The position numbers were made by a program, and so were the translations under genes. This document shows positions 1 through 11,813 of a DNA stretch of 64,000 nt, in pieces; position 1 is the first letter of the stretch, and each line of letters begins with the position of its first letter. The notes under the pieces were generated by a model that was not told where the DNA came from, did no database searches, and saw only the letters and a list, made by a program, of their open reading frames with translations. Source of the stretch: Octopus sinensis (lineage: Eukaryota); the NCBI RefSeq assembly GCF_006345805.1, contig NC_043012.1:44640001-44704000 (forward strand). Reading direction: 5' to 3'.

Positions 1-404
1 AGTTCTGGTAAAGCCTCACGTTTGTCTCTTCTACTAAACAAAATCTGGGATCGGGATTTACAGATTTTTATTACCAAGATATCTCAGGCATGCACATTGA
101 TATTTCGTAAGGGCGCATTAGTTAAAAAATAAGGCGTGGCTATGTGGTAAGAAGTTTGCTTCTGTAATCCGTCGCTGCACAATCAACCATCAGAATTACA
201 TTACATTTCTTCCTATATTTAATTTTAGTGATGAAAACCTAACCAGCAACTACGAACAATTCTCTTCAACAGCCTTAAATCAAATTTTACGGAATAATTT
301 CCAATACTTTAGAAATAACCCAATGTTCTATAATAAGACAGTGCGTTGGCAGTAATTATAATATTAGTAGAATGTCTCGCAGTATTTGCATTGGGTCTTT
401 ATTC

Positions 405-485
405 TTTCAGTTCAAATCCGTCGCAGTCATCTTTACATTTCATCCTTTCATGGTCAATAGATAAAATACCAGTCAGATACTGAGG
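405..485 (+). mobile_element. SINE family B fragment
   Basis: GTTCAAATCCG...TTTCATCCTTTC...GATAAAATACCAGTC matches the B-box/body of the other family-B copies in the window. Confidence 0.65.
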
Positions 486-724
486 TTTATTCTTGCTCAT
501 TCTCCCAGAATAGGCTACAGGCGGTTAGGTGATGCCTTATATAAAAACACAAGAAGAAAGTTAATAGAAAACTCTATTCTCGCATGAAAACTGAGAGTCA
601 CTAATTTGTCATGGAAATCACCAAAAGTCATTCATCGATCTGATGGCGCAAACAAAGAAGGAAGCTTGCTGGCCTGGTGCCAAAATTTGAAACCAAAATT
701 ATACTTAAGTAATTCTACTTGAGA

Positions 725-910
725 GAGCTCAATGTGGTGGCTCAACTTGCTAGAAAGCCCAAACCTTTGACCCTCGAATCATACAATACCATCTTTAAAA
801 AATGAAAAGGCACATTGGATAATGTAGTTCAAATACTATATTTGAAAATAAGACTGGATGGTCACGGCGAGAATGCATTTGATCACATTTCTGCTTGATC
901 AGATTAAAAG
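725..910 (-). repeat. Unclassified interspersed repeat family E, degraded copy
   Basis: Reverse complement (GATCAAGCAG...GATCAAATGCATTCTCGCCGTGACCATCC...TTTCTAGCAAGTTGAGC) aligns by eye with 58880-59075 and with 4420-4516 plus 5094-5180. Confidence 0.55.
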
Positions 911-1217
911 GATTCTTTTTGCTGCGAAATGTATTACGGAAACCCAGGTTAATATAAAGTTATGTTCATACTATATATATATATATTAATATTGCATACA
1001 TAGGAATATAGCAGAGGCAGTAAAAAAAGTGAATAAGACTGGCTGTGTGGTAAGAAGCTTGCTTCTCAACCACGTGGTCCCGGTTTAGTCCTACAGTGTG
1101 GCACCATGGGCAAGTGTCTTCAACTACAGCCTCGGGCCAACCAAAGCCTTGGTAGACGGAAACTGAAAGAAGCCTGTTTTGTGTGTGTGTGTGTGTATGT
1201 GTATATATATATATATA

Positions 1218-1480
1218 TTTCGTGTTTGGATTTAGTTTGCAAGATTCGTTATGTGCGTTCGTGTGTTGAAGCATATTCTGTTGTGTCTGGGGAGAGTCAT
1301 TTTGTTTTTGTGGTTTATAATTTATAATTTAGTCAAGACTATTGAAAAGGTTGCAAGACGCAACGAAAATTTTAGGAAAATAGAAATAAGAAATAAGTGG
1401 AAATTTTATCGGTGAGTGTGTTACATTATAAGGCACAAAAAGAAAATGACTCTCCCCAGACACAACAGAACACACACACG
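1218..1480. repeat. Partially inverted insert with ~45-bp arms (possible Penelope pLTR remnant)
   Basis: TTCTGTTGTGTCTGGGGAGAGTCATTTTG (~1277-1305) is the reverse complement of AAAATGACTCTCCCCAGACACAACAGAA (~1444-1471); follows (TA)n inside SINE A. Confidence 0.55.
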
Positions 1481-1484
1481 CGAA

Positions 1485-1822
1485 GGCACATGGATCAGTG
1501 GTTAGAGCATCGGGCTCACAATCATGAGATTAGTGAGTTCGATTCCCAGACCAGGCTGCGTGTTGTGTTCTTGAGCAAGAGACTTTATTTCATGTTGCTC
1601 CAGTTAACTCTGCTGTAGAAATGAGTTGCGTCGTCACTGGTTCCAAGCTCTATCGGCCCCTTTGCCTTTCCCTTGGATAACATCAGTGACGTGGAGAGGG
1701 GTGACCGGTGTGCATGGGCGACTGCTGGTCTTCCATAAACCTTACCCGGACTTGTGCCTCGGAGGGGATCTTTTTAGGTGCAATGCCATGGTCATTTATG
1801 ACCGAATTTGGGTCTTTACTCT
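1485..1822 (+). mobile_element. SINE family C (tRNA-derived)
   Basis: A box TGGATCAGTGG and B box GTTCGATTCC; body near-identical in layout to 57776-58108. Confidence 0.85.
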
Positions 1823-2049
1823 TTTATATGTATATATATACATAAAAGGGTAAAGACCGGTGCTGGTGTGTTTTCGCCCCATATTGCAGTGTGATAGAAT
1901 AAATACCAGACTAAAAAATGAAACAAGTACTCGGGTTTTATTCATTCGACTAAAATTCTTCAAGGCAGTGCCCCAGGATGGCCGCAGTTTAATGACTGAA
2001 ACAAGTGAAAAATAAAAGATGTAAGGAGAGATAGAAAATAATTTTTTCT

Positions 2050-2230
2050 ACTCTAGGCACAAAGCCCGAAATTTTTGGGAAGGGTCCAGTCGATTAGAGC
2101 GACTCCAGTACACAACTGGTACTTAATTTATCGACCTCGAAAAGATGAAAGCCAAGGTCAACCTCGGCGGAATTTGAACTCAGAACGTAAAGACAGGCGA
2201 GCTGACGTTTCTGCCATTTCGCCGCCTTAG
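2050..2230 (-). mobile_element. SINE family B
   Basis: GTCAACCTCGGCGGAATTTGAACTCAGAACGTAAAGAC is the reverse complement of the family-B B-box region. Confidence 0.8.
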
Positions 2231-2439
2231 AGAGAGAAAATGATAAAATTTTATGATAACGGATTTACAAACTGAAACCACAAAATTTATTGAAAGCTAC
2301 ATGATTTTCAAGGTAAGTAACTCCATTTTATCATATCAGAGTGCTTTCCCCTATATAGCAGCATTTTCCCTGCAAATAGCCGAAAATTTCGTTGTTTATA
2401 CTCGAAGGCGGCAAACTGGAGGGAAATGTAGAACTGCAG

Positions 2440-2650
2440 GAGAAAATTGCAGTCGAGCATTTGTACTTGCTCTTTACTTCCTGAGTTCAAATCCCTCAGC
2501 GGTCAACTTTACTTTCATCTTTTTGGGTTTGATCAAATAAAGTATCGGTCAAGAATTGGAGTCGAGGGTGTCTTTCGTCTTTTCGGGGTCGATAAATTAA
2601 GTACTTTGCAAAAATTTAGGCCTTGTGCCTATAATAGAAAGGAATATCAC
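2440..2650 (+). mobile_element. SINE family B, degraded
   Basis: CTGAGTTCAAATCCC...CGGGGTCGATAAATTAAGTAC...GGCCTTGTGCCTATAATAGAAAGG. Confidence 0.7.
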
Positions 2651-2849
2651 TGGATTAATTAAATTAACGTTTGAAAATTATTAGTTACAATCTGTAAATT
2701 ATAATTAATGATTATTATTTTCTTCTGATTAATATTTGGCAGACGTAACACAGTGAGTCAAGCGCCGAGGGTTTCATGCGTTATCACTTATTAAACTAGT
2801 TACAAATCAAGGGGTTATAAATTATTAGTTATTAGTTATAATTATTATG

Positions 2850-4190
2850 TTTCTTTATTAGCCACACAGGGCTGCACACAGACGAGACAGATTACAAAGT
2901 AGAGCTTTTCTTTTTTGGGGAGAGAAAAAAAAGTGGGGTAGGTTTTCGATCAAAAGGGATTGTAAAAGGGAAAGAAGAAAAAGAAAAAAAATTATCAATC
3001 GTGTATCACAGTGTCATGATGTAAAGTGTAAAGAGGGAAGCAGATAAGGTTTATCCGTGGAAAAAAAAGCCTATGGAAAAGACCACGATAACCTCGGTCA
3101 ATAGTGTTACATGCTACCACATTTGTTTGCAAGTAGGTAACCCTCTGTTTTAAATTTTCTGGGTTCATAGGATTATGCTCAAGGTGGCTTCGTCATTCAT
3201 ACGTGCCATCCTTGCTACATTCACCCATCTTTTTTGAAACATTCGCTAGACAAAACTTGCCTCTCTACTCTCACTTTCCTTTTCAAGTGATACTTGAAGA
3301 AGTTGATGAGAGATTGACCAATCCTTTCAGACGCGTCCACCAGATACATTCTTTCGCCATAGACACAAGGATGATGAAAATAGCTCTTCCTTCCCGTTTG
3401 AAGGAAGGAGGCGTGACAATATTGACGATAGACTCGGCTGATAAACCGACTCGTCCCACACGTGACAGCAGTTGTTCGACATAAGCCCACAGGTCGGAAA
3501 TTGTTGGACACTGCACGAGTTCGTGCAGAACAGTTTCGTCGCTCTGACCGCATCTCGGGCAGATCGGCCCCGTGTTTCTCGAGCCGTGTTTGTAGAGCTT
3601 ATCCCGAACGGGTAGCGCTTCTCGATAGCACTGCCAGGCCAGGGATCTATGGAAGTTGTCCATGGGCCCAGGCCCGAAAGTCGTTCTGAACAGGCGGGTC
3701 AGGTATTCCTCGTCGACGTCCAGGTTCGCCCCGAGCTCGTCATCGTACCACCCCTCCACTAATCCCCTATAGACTGCTTTGGTTGTGTTGAAGTCACTCA
3801 AGGTCGATCCGGGACGGCATAGTTGTTTGAGAGCAACGCGACAATCGCGGTGCCATTCGCCCTTTCTCGGCCTCTTTTTGATCCACAACTGCAGTTCGGT
3901 CATGGAGACGAGTTGCGGGAAGCGTGCCTCACAAACGGCGACCACACCTGTTCACCGTCGTCTACGTAGAGCCTGAGATGTCGCAGTCTCAGCGCGTGTC
4001 TGCGCATCATCAACCACGGCATGCCCAGTCCTCCTCTTAACGGGTGTTGACAGCAAATGGATCGCCTGACCATCGGGACGCATCCTTTCCACAAGAAGCG
4101 AAAGAGAATGCGTTCTAGTTTCGTGATGGTAGGGTCGGGACAAGGTACGACGGTCAGGCGGTAGTAGATAACTGACGCGCACATTTGATA
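2850..4190 (-). mobile_element. 5'-truncated Tx1/L1-clade LINE: RT C-terminus, zf-RVT-like CCHC finger, 3' UTR
   Basis: ORF 3900-4259 (LERILFRFLWKG...GGLGMP) and ORF 3283-3945 (WQCYREALPVRDKL...CPRCGQSDETVLHELVQCP) are typical L1/Tx1 ORF2 C-terminal motifs; frameshifted; ends CAGCCCTGTGTGGCTAATAAAGAAA. Confidence 0.9.
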
Positions 4191-4419
4191 AAGGTAGTTA
4201 TCGATCCGAGTGCAATATTTTGTGATGTTATAATTATGTGAAATGCTTTGATACATCAAAGGAATTCATAAAACCAGTTCTGACCTAATCTCCGGATTAT
4301 TTAGTATTTCGTGGAGAGATGATTCTAGATTTTACCTGGAGTGAACGCTAGTCGTCTGCAAGCGATGCCCCCAAATATTGGACCCTTATTCCTTGAAATC
4401 TATGAAATTGAAACATGTA

Positions 4420-5180
4420 ATTGTTTAGCCCCGGGTCAGTCCTTATCGAGTAGACCTGCAATTAAAGGCATTTCAGTCTTGATCATCCCCACTTTTTGTA
4501 TGTAAATCAGGAGAACTATTAGGTCGTCAAGTATGAAATTTGTAGAAAAGAAGAAATGTTTGCGAATGTTTTATAAATACGAAGAGTTTTATTCATCAAA
4601 GTATGCACCCATATTGTCAATACGATTTCAACTAAGAGAGTCAATATTGCTTGCTTGCTAACACCAAACAGCAACAATAATTCACGGGCACTCTGAGATG
4701 GATCTGACTCGACGGTGGCTTTCAGTTCATTATCCACCTTTGTTTCTGGCCGACCGCGTTGCTCATTTTTGAGGTCAAAATTACCAGAACGAAATTTTGC
4801 AAACCAGTTTCATACTCCAATAATATTTCGAGCTGTCTGTGATACTGTATTTCCAAGAAAGAACTCATATTTCAAAACTGTACGAATTTCCGACTTACCC
4901 ATCTCTAAACAAAAACAGCAAAAAACGATTTATAAGTATTTTATAAAGCACAAAATGAGATAGAATAAAGAAATAGATGTGTGAGTTTCTAACAAAATAT
5001 AAAGATTGTCAAAATATAATAAGGGCACAAAATGAGCAGCTGTCAAAGTTTACCATATAGCTTACTACAAATTTCATACTTGACGACATAATATTTAATC
5101 AAATGTATTCTTCTTATTTTAGATAACGGGGTTTGAGGGAGATTTAGTTGCTATTTCTAGTCTCGAGCGACAGTGTAGAG
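4420..5180 (+). repeat. Repeat family E copy split by a mariner derivative
   Basis: 4420-4516 and 5094-5180 join to match the uninterrupted copy at 58880-59075. Confidence 0.55.
4519..5091 (-). mobile_element. Internally deleted mariner element
   Basis: 27-bp TIRs TTAGGTCGTCAAGTATGAAATTTGTAG (4519-4545, 5065-5091) with TA on both flanks; minus-strand frame DNELKATVESDPSQSARELLLLFGVSKQAIL resembles the mariner transposase HTH region. Confidence 0.9.
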
Positions 5181-5869
5181 GTTCTGTCACTGTGTTTTAA
5201 TTGAAATATGTAGAATCACGTTGTACAAAGACGCTATTGAACAGCATTAAGTCATCACCTACAACTTAATAATTCAATACCTTATGTCAGCAATTTACAA
5301 CTTGGGCTTCACGTCCCTTTGGGTGCCCCACAAAAGTAGCCCTGGGATCCGTGAACTGTCTTAAAGAATTCAATAGTTTGCAGTTTAACATATAGTTATT
5401 CAGTAACATTTTTTTACTAGTTGAAAGATGAAACTGGGAAAATGAGTTTGTTATTAGTTAATAAAATCGGACAAACCTTTCAAAGCTTGGGGAACGTGGG
5501 AAATTCATTTAAATAAGAGGAGTTATTAATAGTGGAAACACTAGGAACTACTGCTCTATGTGCTATATTAGGGTAAAGTGTAAAGGGTATGTCTAGTATT
5601 CTCCTTGTCTATCCCCTCTCTCTCTCACTTTAATACCCAGCAGTATCATATTGTCAAGGAACGCGCTAACAAAAAGAAATAAAAAATTGAATAAGCAAAG
5701 TATATAGCTAGGTACAAGGCTACTTGTATTGGAAAGAACTATCAATTTGAGTCGATCTCACTTCTTGATAGGTTCTTTATTTTCGAAAACTCCGGAATGG
5801 CCAGAAAACAATGTCAACTTTTTCCTTCGTGTGTCTATGGATCAGCCATCAATATTCTTGAAACATTGC

Positions 5870-6130
5870 AATCAACTTCTGCTGGGAGGGATGGATTTCT
5901 AGAGGGTCAACGTTCTGGGAACGAAGGACTTGGCATAGTGATAGTGTGAGGCCAGGGGTAGGGGATTGGATTCAACAAGGGTGATGAGAGGAGAAGAGAT
6001 AAGTGAGTTAGAAATGAGTGAGCTGAGATGTCATGAGCTAAGCCAGTTCCAAGGAACGGACGCCGTTGAAGTAGCAACAGGAAAGTGGGAGGGAGAGGAT
6101 AGGTGCTAGTGGGCCGGAGGCTGGAACGTG
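5870..6130 (-). mobile_element. CR1/L2-group LINE ORF2 C-terminal remnant
   Basis: Manual translation of minus strand gives CYFNGVRSLELA...SSHHP...KSFVPRTLTL, like the post-RT C-terminus of CR1/L2 elements; heavily decayed. Confidence 0.45.
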
Positions 6131-6528
6131 ACTATAAGTGACTTTATGTCTTTCAGCAGGATTTGAACCTTCTGGTTTCAAGTACCGCTGACTCCAACTT
6201 TACAAAATTGTTCGGCTGAGAATAAAGGACATAATTTTTTATCTCCTCATTCTTTCTTGTGTGGTAGACAGACTTCATGACCCAGTTTAACTTCTGGCTT
6301 GTAGGCGCTCTTATCGAAGCTTACAATGTGTTGCTTGCATTTTGGATCAAGTCTCCGGTTTAAAGATACTCCCGTGCTGTTTATTTTGTTATCACCAACC
6401 TCGGAAACGGTGGAAAAGTTGAAGAACGTCCTCGTTCTGCATCTGACAAAACCGTAAAGAAAGTTCTAGTTTCAAGCAAGTACGAAAGACTACCGCTTCA
6501 CATTGTTCAACTGGACACAATGCCCGGG

Positions 6529-6650
6529 GAAGAAGAAGTAGAAGAAGAAGAAGAAGAAGAAGAAGAAGAAGAAGAAGAAGAAGAAGAAGAAGAAGAAGAA
6601 GAAGAAGAAGAAGAAGAAAACGAAGGAGAAGAAGAAGAAGAAGAAGAAGA
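6529..6650. repeat. (GAA)n microsatellite
   Basis: Direct reading. Confidence 0.95.
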
Positions 6651-6948
6651 GTGAGGAAGGTAAAAAGGTGAAGAAGGTGGAGGAGGAGGAGGACAACACC
6701 AGATGAAACGACTTCATGATAAAATTTGTATTCCGTGTGACTCAGTGTTTCAACAAATAAAAAAACAACAACCTAAGAGATAACTGAATAGAAAAAAAAA
6801 GAGAGTAAATCAAAATAATTTACTTTACCAAATTATTCAGAATTAATGAAATTAAATCAAACCTTATTAACTAAATTATTCAGAAATGTCAACGAAACGA
6901 AAAGGAGAAAAAAATAAACGGAAATCTAAAACAGGAATTTTGACTGAG

Positions 6949-7238
<290 letters not shown>

Positions 7239-7604
7239 ATATCCGTAAGAGTTCGAGGTTGGGAAGCCAACCAACTAAGGAGTTAAGGAGTAGTACCTAT
7301 CCAATATACTGCTGGTAGTGTGCCCAATTATTAATACCCAAGTGCTGGTTATTGCGTGGCAATTTCGCAATCGTGTGTCATATATGATGTGCGGGGGTAA
7401 AAAGCGGTTTACCCTTAATTTATGCGGCAAAAAGAAAATGGAGGAGATACAAAAATGACTTACATCAGCCGGTAGACATTCTATTATGTCTATTTATTCC
7501 AAAATAAAAGGGAGCATTATAAGAGTACATACACATGCAAAGACTGTGTACTACATAAATATGTACTAGTAGTACATAAAAGAGGAAAAGATTAAAAGAT
7601 CAGT

Positions 7605-7729
7605 TCCTTACGGCCGTTTCTGCCAAGAGGCTACGATATCTTCCATGCTAGCTCCAACTCTTCAGTGTTCTGTAGTGATGAGTAGATAGAGTTTGGATGT
7701 TGAGTGTGCCTCTAGGCTTCATCAGAGGG
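7605..7729 (-). ncRNA. Degenerate type I hammerhead ribozyme motif with long stem II
   Basis: Minus strand: CCT-CTGATGA-AGCCTAGAGGC...GCCTCTTGGCA-GAAAC-GGCC-GTA-AGG; stem III palindrome ACGGCCGT; first stem-II pair is A/A and stem I is only 3 bp. Confidence 0.6.
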
Positions 7730-8244
7730 TCTAAATGGTTAGGAGAGCCGATACGCACAAGAGTCAGTTATTAATAGGTACAGTATATATTTCTTATTGA
7801 AGACGGCATAAGAAGAATAGGAGCAAGACTTAAGTGTGTGAGAGGAGTAAAATTTAATAAAGAAGTTTAGGTATAAGAAGGAGAAATAAGTCATAGACTT
7901 CAAATGTTTTCTTCCAAGATTCATGTTATTTTGTCCGGTGATGGATAAGTAGGTATATTCGTTCTAAGGATGAGTTTTTTTTAGGAAGGGTGAATTTAGG
8001 CAGTGGTTCTTATTTTGTTTACATATAAATACACGTTATGTTTGTGTTTACAGTGGTAGGTTTGAAAGTATGGTCTGTGTTTCAGAGGAGGATGTCAGTT
8101 GGTACTAAAAAGAGCATGGCATCATGTGGTGACCAAAGTACGGTGTCCGTATTCGTTGTTTTTTCGATCAACAAGTCCCTGAATCCTTGTGTGCAATGGA
8201 CAGTCCTGCAACCTACTTGGTCAGCTATTTTTTTGAGAATATGA

Positions 8245-8980
8245 TAGAAGCCATTGCCACTCATAATAAAAAGGAATACTGGTGGAGTGTACCAGTGAAG
8301 ACCTCAATAAAATATAAGCACAAGAGACCTGATATGATGATTTGGAATAGAGAAGAGAAACTGTGCACAGTTGTGGAAATTAGCTGCCCAGCGGATGTTA
8401 ACATAAAGCTGAAGATCAGTGAAAAAGAGAACACCTAAGCTGAACTATTGAGAAATCTGCAGTTACTCCATCCAGATTACAAGTTTATATCTGTAATTAT
8501 TAGGGTCCTGGGATTTGTAACACACTGCCTAAATACCTATCTTGAGAAATTAGGCTTCTCAAAACCAGAAAGGAGAAAGCTAATTCGAAGACTACAGATC
8601 CAATCCATCTGTAAAATTCGAAGACTACAGATCCAATCCATCTGTAAAAGAACTGTAAAAGTCTGTAAAACTTTCCAGAAGTTTATCATTTAAATATATA
8701 TGAGCATGTCTAGATATGTAAGTATATGCATGAGAATACATACGTAAAACATACAAATTTGCACATACATACATACATACATACATACATACATACATAC
8801 ATACATACATACATACATACATACATACATACATACATACATAATGCTTGCATAATACATACTTACATACATATTGATGTTGAAATTCCAATGAAGGAGC
8901 CTTTGATCTAGGTTAAAAACCGGTTCTTTATTGGCAAGGAATCTTGGAATAAACCGAATAATGACATACAAACTGGTACA
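8245..8980 (+). mobile_element. 3' end of an R4/Dong-like RLE non-LTR retrotransposon
   Basis: KHKRPDMMIWNREEKLCTVVEISCPADVNI...EK is a PD-(D/E)xK restriction-like endonuclease; stops and frameshifts; 33-bp tandem duplication 8582-8647; 3' UTR piece 8875-8975 recurs at 22829-22925. Confidence 0.8.
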
Positions 8981-9878
8981 AGATGTAATAAATGGCATGC
9001 ATCAAATATATTGACACTGTACACATTCACATATTAGGGGGTAGAGAAAGTAAATATGTTACTAAACGTACTCTAGTACTTGAAGATTAATACTGAAGGT
9101 GACAAAAAAACAGCTTCTATAGAGGAGAGGTAGTGATTGTATCTATATATATCTGTATATAAATGCATTCCAAAACCGAGTTGCCGTTTTTGACGTATGG
9201 GGTATCAAAAGATTCAGTAAGCTTTTGGCTCCCAACTAAATTATGTTTTCATTCACTTATTTGCATTACAAAAATTTAAGATTATCATTTTTTAGTCACC
9301 TGTCGTAAACGACATCTTTTACCGCCACCACCACCACCACAACGTCGATGACGTCACATTTTTATGTGTTCGCGCGTTGCGTATGTTAGGCCGATGACTG
9401 ACAAGTATATGTGTGTGACGGTGTTTTTGTCTGTCAGTATACATACATATTTTGTGACGACTCACACACACATACATACACACACACATACATACACACA
9501 CACACACTCACATCTAAAGACACAGACAGACACACACAAGGACAGAGATAGGTTTGAGGTGTGCGTTAATGTATGTCTGTGTGTGTGTGTCTTAGTTTAT
9601 GTATGTGACTCCCCGCCCGCCCAACAGTGAAACATGCTGATATTGAAAGCTACAATAACGAGGTTTCATTAGAAAGTGAAAATAGTTTCACACTTTACAT
9701 TTCAACCAAAATTACAGTGTTCGATTACGAGACTGATGATGTGTGAATAATGAAAGTAATGCTTCTCCAAATTAGTCAGGCCTAATAAAGAAACTGGTTT
9801 AGGCGATCTTTCGTTTTGACTTGCAGAGCTGCCATCTGCGTTCGTTAATTTTATTAAAAGAAATTTTTATTTATTTCC

Positions 9879-10297
9879 TTTTGTTTTAAAGTGAAAGAGA
9901 GCAGAAAATGAAAGATGTATGTACGTGTATATGAAATGGACGTGTGCGTGAGAGAGAGAGGGAAGAGAGAGAGAGAGAGAAAGAGGAAGAGAGAGGGGAA
10001 GGGAGAAAAGTAGAGAGAGAAGAAGAGAGAAAGAGAGAGAGAGAAAGAGGAAGAGAGAGGGGAAGGAAGAAAAGTAGAGAGAGAAGAAGAGAGAAAGAGA
10101 GAGGGAGAGAGGAAGAGAGAGAGAGAGAGTGTGTGTGTGTGTGAGTGAGTGAGTGAACGCGTGTGTTCTCATGTATCTGTAAGCGGCACTCACTCCCTCC
10201 CCCCTCTCTCTCTCTCTCGCACACACACACACACGTCCATTTCAGATACACGTTCATACATTTTTCACTCTCTCCTCTCTTTCACTTTAAAACAAAA
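9879..10297. mobile_element. Fold-back/MITE-like element with ~85-bp imperfect inverted arms and (AG)-rich core
   Basis: TTTTGTTTTAAAGTGAAAGAGAG...GTGTATATGAAATGGACGTG pairs with CACGTCCATTTCAGATACAC...CTCTCTTTCACTTTAAAACAAAA. Confidence 0.6.
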
Positions 10298-10894
10298 CTA
10301 ACATAGCCACTGCTTTTTATCTATCTACCAAATAAACTATGTTTTTCACTCAACAACTCTTTTTTACAACTAAAATAAGCTCGGCAAGTACGCGGGTCAC
10401 ACAATTTTGAGCTCATTTTCAAACAATATTTCAATGTGCTTCTAATGTTTCACGCATGCATAGAATTATAGTCGGACAAACATTTATGAAAACATACACA
10501 TAAATATTGTATTAAAATAAGCCACAACTAAATGACCAAATGGGAACAGAAACTACGGTTATAGCCAAAACATGTGGTTGGGTATCATTCAAAATTGAAA
10601 TTCTAAACTGAAGACAGGTAGTTCCTATTCAAGCGTTGTCTCAAAATAGTCTTAGTGGAATAAATTTCAGAACATGAATCATTTTATGCGTTATCTATTT
10701 ACACATTTGGACAATTTATGAAATTGCTGACTACGTTATATATAACAAACGAAATAAATGGAATATTTACAAGGAGACATAGATCATATACAGAATATGA
10801 TGAAGTGTACTTTAGTTTTTCATAGCTCTGGCCAGTCAGTTGCCGAAGAAACAGAATTCAACTTAACCCAGTTATTCGAAATCCAAGATTTTAA

Positions 10895-11403
10895 TCTATA
10901 TATATAAAACTGTAGTTGTGTGAGTGTCTGTCCCCTTCGATTTAGATTCCTAAATACTCCCACATTTTGCGGTGCAGTTTAACCAAATTCGGGTATCTTA
11001 TAGTCGTGATTCATATCGAGCCCGTCTGGCTATTAGCACGCGTCTACGATGAGTCTACGATTTTAAAAATAATTTAACATAATTTTTTATTCCATTTTAA
11101 TGCATATTTTTTCGTGTGTCGATGGCGGCGGAGTTGGCGTCCACGCTCACACCTGCGTTGCTTCTCCCCCTTCTTCCCTCCCTCGTGAAGCTGTGGGGGA
11201 AGGGAGTGTAAGGAAATCAACGTCGTAAAGCGTTGTCAAGGAGACCAGCGTTCTTTTAGAACAACGACTTCATGGCTTGAAGACACCAAAACAGAAATGG
11301 CTAAGAAAGCCCGAATTGGCATCTATAAGGGAAGTAACTCTCTAAAAATGCTTATATAGTTATTTCCCTTACAAACCCGAGCAACGCCGGGCGATACTGC
11401 TAG
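10895..11403 (+). mobile_element. Non-autonomous Helitron (509 bp)
   Basis: 5' TC (TCTATATATATAAAAC), subterminal hairpin CCCGAGCAACGCCGGG (11376-11391), 3' CTAG, inserted between A and T with no TSD. Confidence 0.9.
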
Positions 11404-11781
11404 TGTTTTATAAATTAGAATTACTAATAAGAAAACATCGAAACTAGAACAGTTCACTGAAGGAATTGAAAAGCGTGTAAATTCGTAAAGTTCCAAAGTA
11501 AGAAAGAGGGGGATCAGTGAAGTATGCTTGTTATAGAAATAAAAAAAAAGTGGGGAGAGAAAATGTGTGTGCGCGCGCGGTGATGTGTGGTGTGTGTGTG
11601 AGGTGTGCGGTGAGATGAAGTGTGTGTGTGTGTGTGTGTGTATGCACACGCGCTTAGCTTATATATACATACATACATACATGCATACATGCATACATGC
11701 ATACATACAAACATACATACATACATACATACATACATACATACATACATACATACATACATACATACATACATACATACA

Positions 11782-11813
<32 letters not shown>

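Larger units (their letters stand above)
1038..2020 (+). mobile_element. SINE family A (tRNA-like head, internal microsatellite), interrupted by later insertions
   Basis: Head TGGCTGTGTGGTAAGAAGCTTGCTTC at ~1038; tail AAGGCAGTGCCCCAGGATGGCCGCAG...GACTGAAACAAG at ~1960-2020; same modules as the full copy at 26629-27040. Confidence 0.75.

Noticed and set aside
6370-6500. Short open frame GNGGKVEERPRSASDKTVKK
   Set aside because: No splice signals or family match; too short to support
9349-9356. TGACGTCA CRE-like site
   Set aside because: A single 8-mer in 64 kb is expected by chance and there is no promoter context
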